Shown one piece after another: positions 31,439 through 43,100 of a DNA stretch of 64,000 nucleotides; the stretch's first letter is position 1, and every line of letters begins with the position of its first letter. The stretch is from an uncultured Verrucomicrobiae bacterium (GTDB taxonomy: Bacteria; Verrucomicrobiota; Verrucomicrobiia; Chthoniobacterales; JAATET01). A program made the position numbers and the translations under genes. The notes beneath the pieces were generated by a model. The model searched no databases, was not told where the DNA came from, and saw only the letters and a program-made list of their open reading frames with translations. The stretch covers positions 396,717 through 460,716 of the forward strand of contig CAVVKW010000004.1 in the NCBI GenBank assembly GCA_963749035.1, given 5' to 3'.

Positions 31439-32485
31439 ATGAAGTGGCGATTGGCGGTTGGGATGATGGTGATGGGCGCGGCCGGGGCGGCTGAGGACGC
31501 GGCGCTGGTGACGGTTGCTGAAGTCGAGCGGGGTGAGGTGGCGGAGGAGGTCAGCCTGACGGGGACGGTGACGCCGGAACGCCGGGCTTCGCTGTCCGCG
31601 CGGACGGCGGGGTTGATTTCTTCGGTCGCCGTGGATGCCGGGAGTCGAGTGGAGAAGGGGGAGGTGATCCTGGAGCTGGACGCGACTCTGGCGGGGTTGG
31701 CGTTGGAAGGGACGACGGAGGCGGTGGGTGAGGCGACGGCTCAGCTGACGGAAACGCGACGGCTCTACGAGGAGGGGACGGTGCTGGCGAAGTCGGGTGG
31801 GCTGCCGACGACGGAAGCGGCGGCGCGGGCGGCTGCGTTGCGGGTGCAACGGGCGGCGGTGAAGCAGTTGGACATTGGTCGGCGGGAGCAGGCGGAGATC
31901 GTGGCGCGGCATCGCTTGGTCGCGCCGTTTGCCGGGGTGATCAGCGAGAAGCTGGCTGAGGTCGGTGAGTGGGTGGAGACGGGGGTGCCGGTCCTGGAAT
32001 TGGTGGAGGTCGACGCGGTGCGGTTCGACGTGCAGGCGCCGCAGGAGTTTTACGGTTCGCTGGCGGAGGGCGATGGCGCGACGGTGCGGTTGGACTCCAT
32101 GCCGGGGGAAGAATTCCCGGCGACAATCGCGGTGCGGGTCCCGGTGAAAGATGCGGTGACGCGGACGTTCTTGATTCGCCTGGACGTCGACGCCGGGCAG
32201 GAGGTGATGGCGCCGGGGGTCTCGGGGACGGCGGAGTTTCGACTGGCGAGTGGACGTGAGGCGGTGACGGTCCCGCGCGACGCGATCGTGCGGCAACCGG
32301 ACGGATCGGTCGGGGTGTGGATTGTGGTGGACGGGAAGGCGGAGTCACGCTCGGTCGAGGTGGGCTCGCGGATGGGGGAGACGGTGGAAGTGCGGTCGGG
32401 ACTGAAGGGTGGCGAGCGGGTGGTGGTGCGGGGGAATGAATCGCTGCAGGCGGGGCAGGCGGTCGAGGTGGTCGGTGGAGAGTGA
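31439..32485 (+). CDS. Efflux RND transporter periplasmic adaptor (MFP) subunit
   Basis: Internal Met MKWRLAVGMMVMGAAGA (signal). Biotinyl-lipoyl-like and coiled-coil hairpin segments, ..LVAPFAGVISEK... Confidence 0.8.
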   Translation: MKWRLAVGMMVMGAAGAAEDAALVTVAEVERGEVAEEVSLTGTVTPERRASLSARTAGLISSVAVDAGSRVEKGEVILELDATLAGLALEGTTEAVGEATAQLTETRRLYEEGTVLAKSGGLPTTEAAARAAALRVQRAAVKQLDIGRREQAEIVARHRLVAPFAGVISEKLAEVGEWVETGVPVLELVEVDAVRFDVQAPQEFYGSLAEGDGATVRLDSMPGEEFPATIAVRVPVKDAVTRTFLIRLDVDAGQEVMAPGVSGTAEFRLASGREAVTVPRDAIVRQPDGSVGVWIVVDGKAESRSVEVGSRMGETVEVRSGLKGGERVVVRGNESLQAGQAVEVVGGE

Positions 32486-32503
32486 CGGGTGGAATGAGCT
32501 GGG

Positions 32504-35500
32504 ATGATTGAGTTTTTGGTCAGGCGCGGGACGCTGCTGACGGTGGGGGTTTTCATCATCCTGCTGTTCGGGATTCTGGCGGCGTTTCAGGTGCCGGTGC
32601 AGATGATTCCGGACCTGGACGTGCGGACGATCACGATCCAGACGCAGTGGCCGGGGGCGACGCCGCAGGACGTCGAGAAGGAGATCGTGATCGAGCAGGA
32701 GGAATACCTGCGCAACCTGCCGGGGCTGCAGCGGATGATCTCCGACGCGACGACGGGTGAGGCGGTGGTCGAGCTGGAGTTTCCCTTCGGCACCGACATC
32801 AACGAGGCGCTGATCCGGGTGAACAACGCGCTGAGCCAGGTGCCGGCTTACCCCGAGAACGTGGACGAGCCGGTGTTGTTCACGAATTCGTTTTCCGAGA
32901 ACGCGTTTTTGTATTTTTCGGTTACGCCGCGGGAGGGGAATCCGCGGGATCTGGACATGAACATGATGCGGGACTTCGTGGACGACGAGGTGCGGACGCG
33001 GATGGAGCGGGTGCCGGGGGTGTCGCAGGTCGAGTTGTGGGGGGAGCTGAGCGGCAGATTCAGATTCTGATCGATCCGGCGAAGTTGGCGCAGCGGGGTG
33101 TGACGTTGACGGAGCTCCGGGATGCGATCCGGGCGCGGAACCGGGACGTTTCGGGTGGTGACGTCGATAGCGGGAAGCGACGGTATCTGCTGCGAACGGT
33201 GGGGAGGTTCGATTCCGTGGAGCAATTTGAGCAATTGATTTTGCGGCGGGACGGGGACGCGATCACGCGGTTGGGTGACGTGGCGACGGTGGAGCTTGGG
33301 CACTTTGAAATCCGGTCGAGATCGTCCTCGGCGGGAAAGCCTTCGATGACACTGGCGGTGCGGCGGGAGACGGGGTCGAACGTGGTGGCGATCCGCGAGG
33401 CGGTCCTGCCGGTGGTCGATCGGTTGCAGTTGGAGGTATTAGCGCCGGCGGGGCTGGAAATTTCGCTGACCAGTGACGACGTGCGCTACGTCGAGGCGTC
33501 GGTGGCCAACGTGTGGCAAAATCTGGCGATCGGGGCGGTGCTGGCGACGGCGGTGATGTTCCTCTTTCTGCGCTCGGTGCCGGCGACTTTGGTGGGGATG
33601 GGCGGGATCCCGATCTGCACGGTCGCGGCGTTCATTGGGCTGTTGGTCGCGGGGCGGACGATCAACGTGATCTCGCTGGCGGGAGTGGCGTTTGCGATCG
33701 GGATGACGCTGGATAACACGATCGTGGTGCTGGAAAACATCGAGCGCGAGCGATCGAAGGGGAAGCGGGGCTTCGAGGCGGCGCTGGCGGGGGTTCACGC
33801 CGTGTGGCCGGCGGTGCTGGCGTCGACGTTGACGACGGTCTTCGTCTTCGCGCCGGTGTTGTTCGTGGAGCAGGAGGCGGGTCAACTTTACTCCGACATC
33901 GCGATTGCGATCTCGGCGGCGATCCTGATGTCGCTGCTGACCGCGATCACGGTGGTGCCGGCGGCGTGTGCGCGTTTGCCCGTCCGAGATCAGAATCAGG
34001 GCGGGGAGGCTTGGGCACCCTTCAAGAAACCGATTTTGGCCTTCGTGGTCTGGTTGGTCGGGTCGGCCTGGCGCCGGGTGGCGTGCCTGGTTTTAACGAT
34101 CGCGGCGACCGTGGGAGCGATTGTTTTCCTGACGCCGCCCGCCGAGTATCTGCCGGAGGGCGAGGAGGCGAAGACGTTCGCGATGCTGATCGCACCGCCG
34201 GGATACAGTCTCGCCGAGATGGGTGGGATCGCGGATGAGATCGAGGCCGGACTCGTGCCGTATCTCGACGATGATCCGGAGGAGTTTGCCAATGGCGAGA
34301 CCGAGGTGCCGGCGTTGTTGATGTTGATCGTGAGTGCGGGGCCGCAATCGCTGCGGGTGATCTCGGAGACGAAGGATCCGGGGCAGATCGATGCGCTGAT
34401 GAAGATCCTGACCGAGCGCTTCAAACGGTATCCGGGGATGCGGGCCTTTGCGTCGCGGGGATCGATCATTTCCAGTAACGACGGGGGGACGCGGAGCGTG
34501 AATCTGGACATCAGCGGGCCGGAGCTTGCGCCGATCTACGAGACGGCGTTGACGGCGTATCGGCGGGCGGGGGAAGCGATCGACGGGCCGCAGATTAATT
34601 CCGAGCCGTCGTCGTTGGTGTTGGGTCAGCCTTTGATCGAGGTGCGTCCGCGGTGGGACCGGGCAGCGGAGTTGGGATTCACGGCGGAGGAGATCGGTTA
34701 CGCGGTGGCGGCGTTGAGTGACGGGGCTTACGTCGACGAGTTCTTTTTGGCGGACGACAAGATCGACGTGTTCGTTTACAGCGCGGCGCGGACGAATCAG
34801 GAGCTGTCGCGGCTGGCGGATCTGCCGGTGGCGACTCCGGCGGGCGCGGTCGTGCCGGTGCGCTCGGTCGCGGATCTGATCGAGACGGTCGATACGGACG
34901 CGATCCGGCGGGTGAACGGACGACGAACGGTCACGCTCAACGTCATCCCGCCCCGCTCGGTGGCGTTGGAAACGGCGGTTGGGTTGATCCAACGGGACGT
35001 CGTCGACGCGATGCGGACGGACGGGGAGATTCCGGATGGGGTGAGTATCGACATCTCGGGGGCGAGCGATCAACTGACGGCGACGCGGGAGGCGCTAGGC
35101 GGGAATTTCTTGGTCTCGGTCGTGCTGAGCTACCTGCTTTTGGTCGTGATCTTCCGGCATTGGGGCTATCCGTGGATCATCATGGCGACGGTGCCGCTGG
35201 GGATCGCGGGAGGCATCTTCGGGCTGTGGGCGATGAACGCGGTGGGGATCAATCAGCCCTTCGACATGATCACGATGCTGGGATTTTTAATCCTGCTGGG
35301 GACGGTGGTGAACAATCCGATCCTGATCGTGGATTTGGCGCTGGAGAATTATCGAGCGGAGGGGATGAGTGCGACGGACGCGGTGCGGGAGGCGGTGGAG
35401 GCGAGGCTGCGACCGATCCTGATGACGACGATTACAACGATCTGCGGGTTGTCGCCGCTGGTGTTTATTCCAGGTGCGGGGACGGAGCTTTACCGCGGGG

Positions 35501-35631
35501 TTGGGGCGATTGTGTTGTTTGGTCTGCTGTTTTCCACGGTGGTGGCGCTGACGTTTTTGCCGGCTTTGCTGACGCTGGTGCTGGTGTGGTTGACGAAGAG
35601 AAAGGCGCCGGCCAGCGAGGCGATGGCTTGA
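32504..35631 (+). pseudogene. Efflux RND permease (AcrB-like) split by a -1 frameshift in a G6 run
   Basis: ORF 32504-33070 (..VPGVSQVELWGELSGRFRF*) and ORF 33037-35631 (GGAERQIQILIDPAKLAQRGV..) are contiguous parts of one RND permease. The junction is the run GGGGGG at 33039-33044. One more G restores ..VELWGGAERQIQ... Confidence 0.8.
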
Positions 35632-35666
35632 CGCTGAGGGGCGAAAAGCGTGGGTATGCGGTCAAG

Positions 35667-36092
35667 ATGGCGATGAAAAGTTTTCGTGAAGAATTGTGGT
35701 TCGACGTGCCGACTCGGCGGGAGATGCGAAACGTCACGCCGGAGGTGGAGCGGTGTCTGCGGGCGAGCGGGATTCGGGAGGGCCTCTGCCTCGTGAATGC
35801 GATGCACATCACGGCCAGTGTCTTCATCAACGACGATGAAGCGGGTTTGCACGAGGACTTCGAGCGGTGGCTGGAGGACCTGGCTCCCGAGAAACCGCAC
35901 TCGCAGTATCGCCACAATCGTACGGGCGAAGACAACGCGGACGGGCACCTGAAACGGACGATCATGGGGCGGGAGGTCGTGGTGGCCGTGACGGATGGTC
36001 GGCTTGATTTCGGACCTTGGGAGCAGATTTTTTACGCGGAATTCGACGGGCTTCGGCGAAAGCGGGTGCTGGTGAAGATCATCGGTGAGTGA
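35667..36092 (+). CDS. yjbQ: YjbQ/UPF0047-family protein (secondary thiamine-phosphate synthase-like)
   Basis: 141 aa. ..[55 protein letters not shown]... Confidence 0.8.
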   Translation: MAMKSFREELWFDVPTRREMRNVTPEVERCLRASGIREGLCLVNAMHITASVFINDDEAGLHEDFERWLEDLAPEKPHSQYRHNRTGEDNADGHLKRTIMGREVVVAVTDGRLDFGPWEQIFYAEFDGLRRKRVLVKIIGE

Positions 36093-36156
36093 GTGGGGGG
36101 TTGAGTGTTTATGGTTGAGAGTTGAGTGGGGTGAAGGGGTGTGGGACGGTTGGGGG

Positions 36157-37134
36157 ATGAAGTCGCGGGAGTTTGCTGGTGGGTGTGAGGTGTCTGAGAT
36201 CGGGTTGGGGTGTTGGCAACTTTCGGGGAGCGATTGGGGGGCGGTGGACGAGGAGAGGGCGATGGAGATTCTGGACACGGCGGTGGGGGCCGGGGTGACG
36301 TTTTTGGACACGGCGGACGTTTACGGGGGCGGACGGAGTGAGGAGTTGATCGGGAGATTCTTGGCCGGGCGCGGTGAGGATTTGTTCGTGGGGACGAAGC
36401 TGGGGCGGGGTGGGATGTATCCGGATGGGTATTCGGAGGCGGGGGTGCGGGCGGCGACGGAAGCGTCGTTGGGGCGGCTCGGGGTGGATTCGCTGGATCT
36501 GACTCAGTTGCATTGCGTGCCGCACGAGGTGCTGCGGCGAGGGGAGATCTTCGACTGGTTGCGGGCGATGCAGCGGGACGGCTTGGTTCGGCGGTGGGGG
36601 GCGAGCGTGGAGTCGATGGCGGAGGCGCGCACGTGTCTGGAGGCGGAGGGATGCGCGTCGTTGCAGATCATCTTCAACGTTTTTCGGCAGAAGCCGATCG
36701 CGGAGCTGTTCGACGCGGCGAGGGAGCGCGGGGTTTCGATCATCGTGCGGCTGCCGCTGGCGAGTGGGTTGTTGACGGGGAAGTTTGAGAGGGAGACGGA
36801 GTTTGGTGAGGAGGATCATCGGAACTACAACCGCGATGGCGGGGCGTTTAACGTTGGTGAGACGTTTGCGGGTTTGCGATTCGAGACGGGGGTGGCGCTG
36901 GCGGATGAATTGAAAGAGTGGGTGCCGGAGGGTTGGTCGATGGCGTACTTTGCTCAGCGTTGGATTTTGGACCACGAGGCGGTGACGACGGTGATCACGG
37001 GTGCGAGTCGGCCGGAACAGGCGCGGGCGAACGCAGCGGTTTCGAGATTGGAGCCGCTGGATGAAGCGACGCACGCGGCAGCCAGAAAATTTTACGAGGA
37101 ACGGGTGGCTGCCGAGGTCCGGGGGCCATATTGA
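36157..37134 (+). CDS. Aldo/keto reductase
   Basis: MKSREFAGGCEVSEIGLGCWQLSG..GVTFLDTADVYGGGRSEELIG..LDLTQLH... Confidence 0.85.
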   Translation: MKSREFAGGCEVSEIGLGCWQLSGSDWGAVDEERAMEILDTAVGAGVTFLDTADVYGGGRSEELIGRFLAGRGEDLFVGTKLGRGGMYPDGYSEAGVRAATEASLGRLGVDSLDLTQLHCVPHEVLRRGEIFDWLRAMQRDGLVRRWGASVESMAEARTCLEAEGCASLQIIFNVFRQKPIAELFDAARERGVSIIVRLPLASGLLTGKFERETEFGEEDHRNYNRDGGAFNVGETFAGLRFETGVALADELKEWVPEGWSMAYFAQRWILDHEAVTTVITGASRPEQARANAAVSRLEPLDEATHAAARKFYEERVAAEVRGPY

Positions 37135-37205
37135 CGGAAGGTTAGTGTCGCAGGGGGCGGCGTTGGAGATTGGTCGATCGATGCGGGGCGCATATTTATC
37201 AAGGT

Positions 37206-37442
37206 ATGCCATACGTTCATTTGCAGATCACGAAGGGTGCGACGCGGATTCAAAAGAAGAAGATTGTGGAAGAGTTCACTGCTTCGCTCGTGAGAAATCT
37301 GGGAAAGGAGCCGGAGCACATCCACGTCGTGATCGATGAGATCGCGGAGGAGAACTGGGGCTTCGCCGGGATGCTGACGGATGATTACCGACGCGACCGT
37401 CGCGCAACCGACGGCGCTTCCGGATCGGGTGGCGCTGGGTAA
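37206..37442 (+). CDS. 4-oxalocrotonate tautomerase-family protein
   Basis: MPYVHLQITKGATRIQKKKIVEEFTASLVRNLGKEPEHIHVVIDEI.. (catalytic Pro1 after Met). Confidence 0.75.
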   Translation: MPYVHLQITKGATRIQKKKIVEEFTASLVRNLGKEPEHIHVVIDEIAEENWGFAGMLTDDYRRDRRATDGASGSGGAG

Positions 37443-37504
37443 CGGGGAATTGATGGTTATCAGTTGAGGTTGAGTGGGGTGCGGTGATGTGGGACTTTAA
37501 GGGG

Positions 37505-38263
37505 ATGAAAGCACTATTCTTGGCAGCGTTGGTTTGGGTTGGGGTTGCTGGTTTGGCGGGGGCGCAGCCGAAGGTGCTGATGGTGCTCTCCAATCACGGT
37601 GAGCTGGGTGACACGGGGAAGGATACGGGATTTTACCTGTCGGAGGCGGCGCATCCGTTTGAGGTTTTTCGCGACTCGGGTTTTGACGTGGTGTTGGCAA
37701 GCCCGGAGGGCGGTTTTGCGCCCGTGGATCCGAAGAGTCTCGAGCTGGAAGACCCAGGTAACGCGGCATTCTGGAAGGAATTCGGCGCGGAGGAGGACGG
37801 AGTGAAGGGCGTGAAGGACACGATGGGGTTGGCCGCCGCGAAGGTGGGGGACTACGACGCAATTTTTCTGGCGGGCGGTCACGGGACGATGTGGGATTTC
37901 CCGGACTCGGAATCGGTGAAGTCGGCGGTGGCGGGGGTTTACGATTCGGGCGGACTGGTGGCGGCCGTGTGCCATGGCCCGGCGGCGCTGGTCAACGTGA
38001 AGCTGAAGGACGGGGAAATGCTGGTGGAAGGTAAGCGGGTTGCGGCGTTTACCAACGCGGAGGAAGAAGCGGTGGAGCTGACGGACGCGATGCCGTTCCT
38101 GCTGCAGGACCGGCTGGAAGAGGCGGGTGCGACGGTGGAGACGGGTGAAAATTTTTCCGAGAAGGTCGTGACGGACGAACGGCTGATCACGGGTCAGAAC
38201 CCGGCGTCGGCCCGGGCAACGGCGATGGCGGTAACAAAGGCGATCCTGGCGCGGCAGGAGTAG
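37505..38263 (+). CDS. DJ-1/PfpI-family (type 1 glutamine amidotransferase-like) protein, secreted
   Basis: Signal peptide MKALFLAALVWVGVAGLAGAQP. Nucleophile elbow AAVCHGPAAL. The start choice (37484/37487/37505) is uncertain. Confidence 0.75.
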   Translation: MKALFLAALVWVGVAGLAGAQPKVLMVLSNHGELGDTGKDTGFYLSEAAHPFEVFRDSGFDVVLASPEGGFAPVDPKSLELEDPGNAAFWKEFGAEEDGVKGVKDTMGLAAAKVGDYDAIFLAGGHGTMWDFPDSESVKSAVAGVYDSGGLVAAVCHGPAALVNVKLKDGEMLVEGKRVAAFTNAEEEAVELTDAMPFLLQDRLEEAGATVETGENFSEKVVTDERLITGQNPASARATAMAVTKAILARQE

Positions 38264-38274
38264 TCCTTCAACTA

Positions 38275-38303
38275 GACAGGATTAACAGGATTGGCAGGAT
38301 TTT
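38275..38303. repeat. Three direct repeats of (A)CAGGATT at 9-10 bp spacing, upstream of the TetR gene
   Basis: gACAGGATTaACAGGATTggCAGGATTtt, read directly. Confidence 0.7.
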
Positions 38304-38364
38304 GTGAGTTGTTGACTCTGAGTTAGTAATTGACCCGGAGTTTTATCTGGTTGAGTTGTTGGGG

Positions 38365-39096
38365 ATGGTGACTCGAAAAGAGCGGGCATTTGCAGAGCGG
38401 GAGCGGTTGATTGTGGAGACGGCTGACGGGATGCTGTGGAGGGCGGGGTATCTGGGGTTGAATCTGGATGAGCTGGCGGAGCGGGTGGAGTATTCGAAGG
38501 CCACGCTCTACAATCATTTTCAAAGCAAGGAGGACCTCGTCCTCGCGGTGGTCACGCGGCAGATGGAGCGCCGGGTGGACTTTTTTACCCGGGCGGTTCG
38601 CTACGATGGCCGGACGCGGGAGCGGATCTTTGCCATTGGATTGAGTGATTGGTTGTTGAGTCGGCTCATCCCGCACGGCTTTCCGCTGGTCCAGTTGGTG
38701 CGGTCAGATTCGATCTGGGGGAAGTGCTCCGAGGGGAGGCGGGAGCGGATGCAAGCGATCAACGATCAGTGCTTCCGGCTGGGGATGGACGTGGTCGATG
38801 CTGCGGGAGCGGCTGGTGATCTCGACGAGGGGAGACCGAGCTCCGGGGAGGTTGTGTGGGGTCTGGTAAGCTTGTCGAAGGGCGCTCATTTGCTGGCTGA
38901 CGACCGCATCATCCAAGCGGGGGTGGCGATGGGGGGATCGCCGATGGATTGCTTGATCGAGAACTATCACCGTTACTTGGACGGCTGCGGGTGGCGGCCG
39001 TTCTGGCGAGAGTTTGACTACGAGGCGAGTCGGAAGCGGATCGAGATGGAGCTGTTTGCCGAAGAGTTCGCGGAGCTGGAGGCGGGGGCGAAATGA
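38365..39096 (+). CDS. TetR/AcrR-family transcriptional regulator
   Basis: ..GLNLDELAERVEYSKATLYNHFQSKEDLVLAV.. HTH. The stop overlaps the ATG of the adaptor gene (ATGA). Confidence 0.85.
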   Translation: MVTRKERAFAERERLIVETADGMLWRAGYLGLNLDELAERVEYSKATLYNHFQSKEDLVLAVVTRQMERRVDFFTRAVRYDGRTRERIFAIGLSDWLLSRLIPHGFPLVQLVRSDSIWGKCSEGRRERMQAINDQCFRLGMDVVDAAGAAGDLDEGRPSSGEVVWGLVSLSKGAHLLADDRIIQAGVAMGGSPMDCLIENYHRYLDGCGWRPFWREFDYEASRKRIEMELFAEEFAELEAGAK

Positions 39097-40187
39097 GGGC
39101 GGTGAAGGTGGTTCTTGGAGTGGCGGCGGCCGTTTTGGCGGGTTGTGGTGGTGGCGAGGACGGTGAGCCGGAGGGGACGCGGGTGCCGGTCGCTGTCGTG
39201 GAGTTGGTGAAAGAGCGCGGCTATTCGGTGGTGGAGAAATTTGTCGGGGTGGTGGAAGCGCGGCGGCGGGCGCGGTTGGCCTTTGAAATTGCCGGGACGG
39301 TGCAGGAGGTCGCGCGGGACGAAGGGGAGCGGGTCGAAGAGGGGGAGCGTCTGGCGGTGATCGGGACGGAGCGCTTGGAGGCGCAGCGGGCGGAGCTGCG
39401 GGCAACGATCAAGCAGGCGGAGGCGACGTTGGCTCTGGCGAAGTCGGGGTTTGAACGGAATCGCGAACTCCGGAAATCGCAGGTCATCGCGGAGCAGGAA
39501 ATGGACGCGGCGGAGGAGCGGTATCGAACGACGGCGGCGAATTTGCGGAGGACTCAGGCGCAGTTGGACACCGTCGAAGTCGATCTGGCGAAGAGTTCGT
39601 TGGTGGCGCCGTTCGCGGGGACGATCGCGAGGCGGATGATCGACGAAGGTGCGGTGGTGTCGCCGAACGAGCCGGTCTTTGAGCTGCTGGAGGCAAACGT
39701 GCTCGAGGTGCGGGCGGCGATGGCGGCGGATGCGTTGGCTGGTGTGGAGGTCGGGGACGTCCTGACGGTCGAGGTGAATGAGGAGGGGCGCGAATGGTCG
39801 GTGAGTCGGATTTTGCCTTCGAGAGATGAGCGAACGCAGACCGTCGACGTGATCCTGGCGGTGCCGGACGGGTCGGGTCTGCGGGACGGGGATCTGGTGA
39901 CAGTGCGGCGCGACCGAACCGTGGAAGACGAGGGTTTTTCTCTGCCTTTAGACAGTCTGACGGAGAGCTCGCGAGGCCTGTGGGCCTGCTACGTGGTGGA
40001 AGATCGGGATGGGGATCTGCTTTTGGATCGACGAGACGTCGAGGTGGTGCACGCGGGAGTTGAAGAGGTGTTCGTTCGGGGTTCGGTGAGGGCTGGTGAG
40101 AAGGTTGTCTCCGGAGGGTTGCAGAAGGTCGCGGTCGGTCAGCGGGTGCGGATCGCGGGTTCGGTGTCAGAGCAATCGGCACCATGA
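39093..40187 (+). CDS. Efflux RND transporter periplasmic adaptor (MFP) subunit
   Basis: 364 aa. Lipobox-like AAAVLAGCGG, coiled-coil hairpin, ..LVAPFAGTIARR... Confidence 0.8.
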   Translation: MRAVKVVLGVAAAVLAGCGGGEDGEPEGTRVPVAVVELVKERGYSVVEKFVGVVEARRRARLAFEIAGTVQEVARDEGERVEEGERLAVIGTERLEAQRAELRATIKQAEATLALAKSGFERNRELRKSQVIAEQEMDAAEERYRTTAANLRRTQAQLDTVEVDLAKSSLVAPFAGTIARRMIDEGAVVSPNEPVFELLEANVLEVRAAMAADALAGVEVGDVLTVEVNEEGREWSVSRILPSRDERTQTVDVILAVPDGSGLRDGDLVTVRRDRTVEDEGFSLPLDSLTESSRGLWACYVVEDRDGDLLLDRRDVEVVHAGVEEVFVRGSVRAGEKVVSGGLQKVAVGQRVRIAGSVSEQSAP

Positions 40188-43100
40188 GCGAGGTGGAAGG
40201 CGGTCAGTCGGCGGGTTCGCGGTGGGTGGGAATATTCTTCGACAACAAGTATCTGCTGGTTCTGACGCTGATCGTGTCGTTGGTGGCGGGCGCGTCGGCT
40301 TTGGTCAACCTGCCGCGGCTCGAAGATCCGGTGATCACGAATCGGAATCCGCTGGTGCTGACGATTTTTCCGGGCGCGTCGGCGGATCGAGTCGAGGCGT
40401 TGGTCACGGAGAAGATCGAGACCGAGCTGGATGACATCGACGAGATCAAGAACGTGAGCAGCACCTCGCGGGCGGGGATTTCGGTGGTGAGCGTCGAATT
40501 GAAAGACGCCGTGGGGAAGGGAGACGTCAGCGCAATCTCGTCGGAGATCCGCGACGCGTTGTCGGACGCGGCGGCGACGTTTCCGCCGGAAGTGCGTGCT
40601 CCGGTGTTCGACGATAAGCGGAATCCGGTGGCCTACACGTTGATCGTGGCGTTGCGGTGGGCGGACGCGGAGAAGGGCGCCGAAAGTCTGGGGATCTTGT
40701 CGCGGCGGGCGGAGGAGTTGGCGGACGAGCTGCGGAACGTGGGTGGGACGGAATTGGTCCGGCTATACGGGGCGCCGATGGAAGAGATCCTGGTGTCGGT
40801 GGACTCTGCGGCGTTGGCGCAGCGTGGTCTCACGGCGGCGGCGGTGGCGGAGGGGCTACGGCGGGCGGACGTGAAGGTGCCAGCGGGGCAGTTGCGCGGG
40901 AAGGGATCGACGCTGCTGGTGGAGGTGGCGGGAAAGCTCGACGCATTGGAACGGGTGCGGGAAGTGATCGTTCAGCAGGGCGACGCCGGGCGAACGGTGC
41001 GGGTCGGAGACGTGGCGGTGGTGGAGCGGACGTGGCGTGACCCGCCGTCGCAGGTGGCGGTGACGGACGGACAGCGGGCGGTCTTCGTGGCGGCGCGCGT
41101 GGCGGAGTCGGAGCGGGTGGACGTGTGGGACGCGGGGGCGGGGAGGGTGTTGGACGACTTTCGGACCGAGACTGGGAACGCGATTTCGACGGAGGTGGTG
41201 TTTCGGCAGAACGAATACACGTCGGCGCGGTTGGCGGAGCTGGCGGTGAATCTCGCGCTGGGTGCGGGGGTGGTGCTCCTCGTGATCCTGCTGACGATGG
41301 GGTGGCGGCGGTCGCTGATCGTCAGCGCGGCGTTGCCGTTGACGGCGGCGGTGACGCTGTTCGTGATCTCGCTGCAAGGGGGGAAGCTGAATCAGATGTC
41401 GATCTTCGGCATGATTATCGCGATGGGTCTCTTGATCGATACGGCGATCGTGGTGACGGATGAGATCCGAATCTATCTCGAGCGAGGGATGGGGCGGCGG
41501 GAGGCGGTGGTGGGGGCGCTGCGACATTTATTTGTGCCGCTGCTTTCATCGACGCTGACCTCGGTGCTGGCGTTTTTGCCGATTCTGTTGCTGCCCGGTG
41601 GGGCGGGGGATTTCGTGGGGGCGATCGGCGGGAGCGTGATCGTGGCACTGGTGGTCTCGTTTGGATTGTCGATGACGGTGATCGCGGCGCTGGCAGGACT
41701 GTTGGCGGAGGCGCCGGGGAAGGGAGGTAGGACTCCTCGATGGCTGCGGGAGGGGGTGGAGGCGAGATGGTTCGTTCGGCCGATGGGGGCGGTGGTCGAA
41801 TTGGGCGTGCGACGACCGTGGCTGGGGGTGGCGATGGGAGTGGCGCTTCCGGTCGTCGGGTTCGTAATCGCGCCGATGCTGGGTAGTCAATTTTTTCCGA
41901 GGACGGATCGGGACATGTTTACCGTGGAGGTGACGCTGCCGTCGGTCAGCGCGATCGGGGAAACGGTGAAGTTGACGCGGGAGGTGGAGCGCGTGATCCG
42001 GTCGGAAGGTGGCGTGGAGCGGGTCCACTGGTTGGCCGGCGCGACGTTTCCGCCCGTCTATTACAACTTGGTCGAGAACCGGGACAATTCGCCGGAATAC
42101 GCGATGGGGGTGATCGACGTGGACAATTTCGAGACGACGAGTCGATTGGTCCCGAAGTTGCAGCGGGAACTGGCGGAGGCGTTTCCGCAGGCGCGGGTGC
42201 AGGTGGAGAAATTCGCTCAAGGTCCACCGGCGAGTGCGGACGTCGAGTTTCGGCTGCGCGGGCCGAGCGTCGACGAGTTGCAGCGGCTGGGGGACGCGGT
42301 GCAACGGAGGCTGGGTGAGCAGCCGGGGATCACGAATGCGGAATCCACGCTGACGCGGGGCGAGCCGAAGCTGTGGTTTGCAACGGACGAGGCGGCGGCG
42401 CGGGCGGCGGGACTGGATCCGGGGGCCGTGGCGGAGCAACTGGAGGCCGGGCTGGAAGGGGTCGCGGGGGGGAGTCTGATCGAGGGTGTGGAGGAATTGC
42501 CCGTGAGGGTGCGGGTGCCCGACGAGGGGCGGGACTCGGTGGCGGCGATTGCGGATCTCAGGTTGGTGGGGAGCGGGGGTGAGCGGGTGCCTCTGCGGGC
42601 GCTGGGGAAATTTGAGTTGCGACCGGAATCGGGGGCGATCACGCGGCGTAACGGCGAGCGGGTGAACAACGTGCGCGGATTCGCGGAAGCGGGCTCGCTG
42701 CCGATCGACATCACGGAACGGGTGCGGTCGGAGCTGGCGGAAGCGGGGTTTGAGTTGCCGTCGGGTTACGGGCTGGAGTTGGGTGGGGAGTCGGAGAACC
42801 AGGCTGACGCGGTGGGGAATTTGCTGCTGTATTTGCCGGTGATCGTGACGCTGACGATTGCGACGCTGGTGTTGTCGTTCAAGAGTGTGCGGATTGCGTT
42901 GATCTTGCTGGCGATCGCGCCGTTGACGACGGGTTTTGGTCTGCTGGCGACGGGCGCGATGGGATTTCCGGTGAGCTTCAACACGATCCTTGGCTGCATC
43001 GGGTTGGTGGGGTTGGCGTTCAACGACAATATCGTGGTGCTGGCGGCGATCCGGGCGAACGCGAAGGCGCGGGCGGGGGACTGGGAGGAGATCGTGAAGG

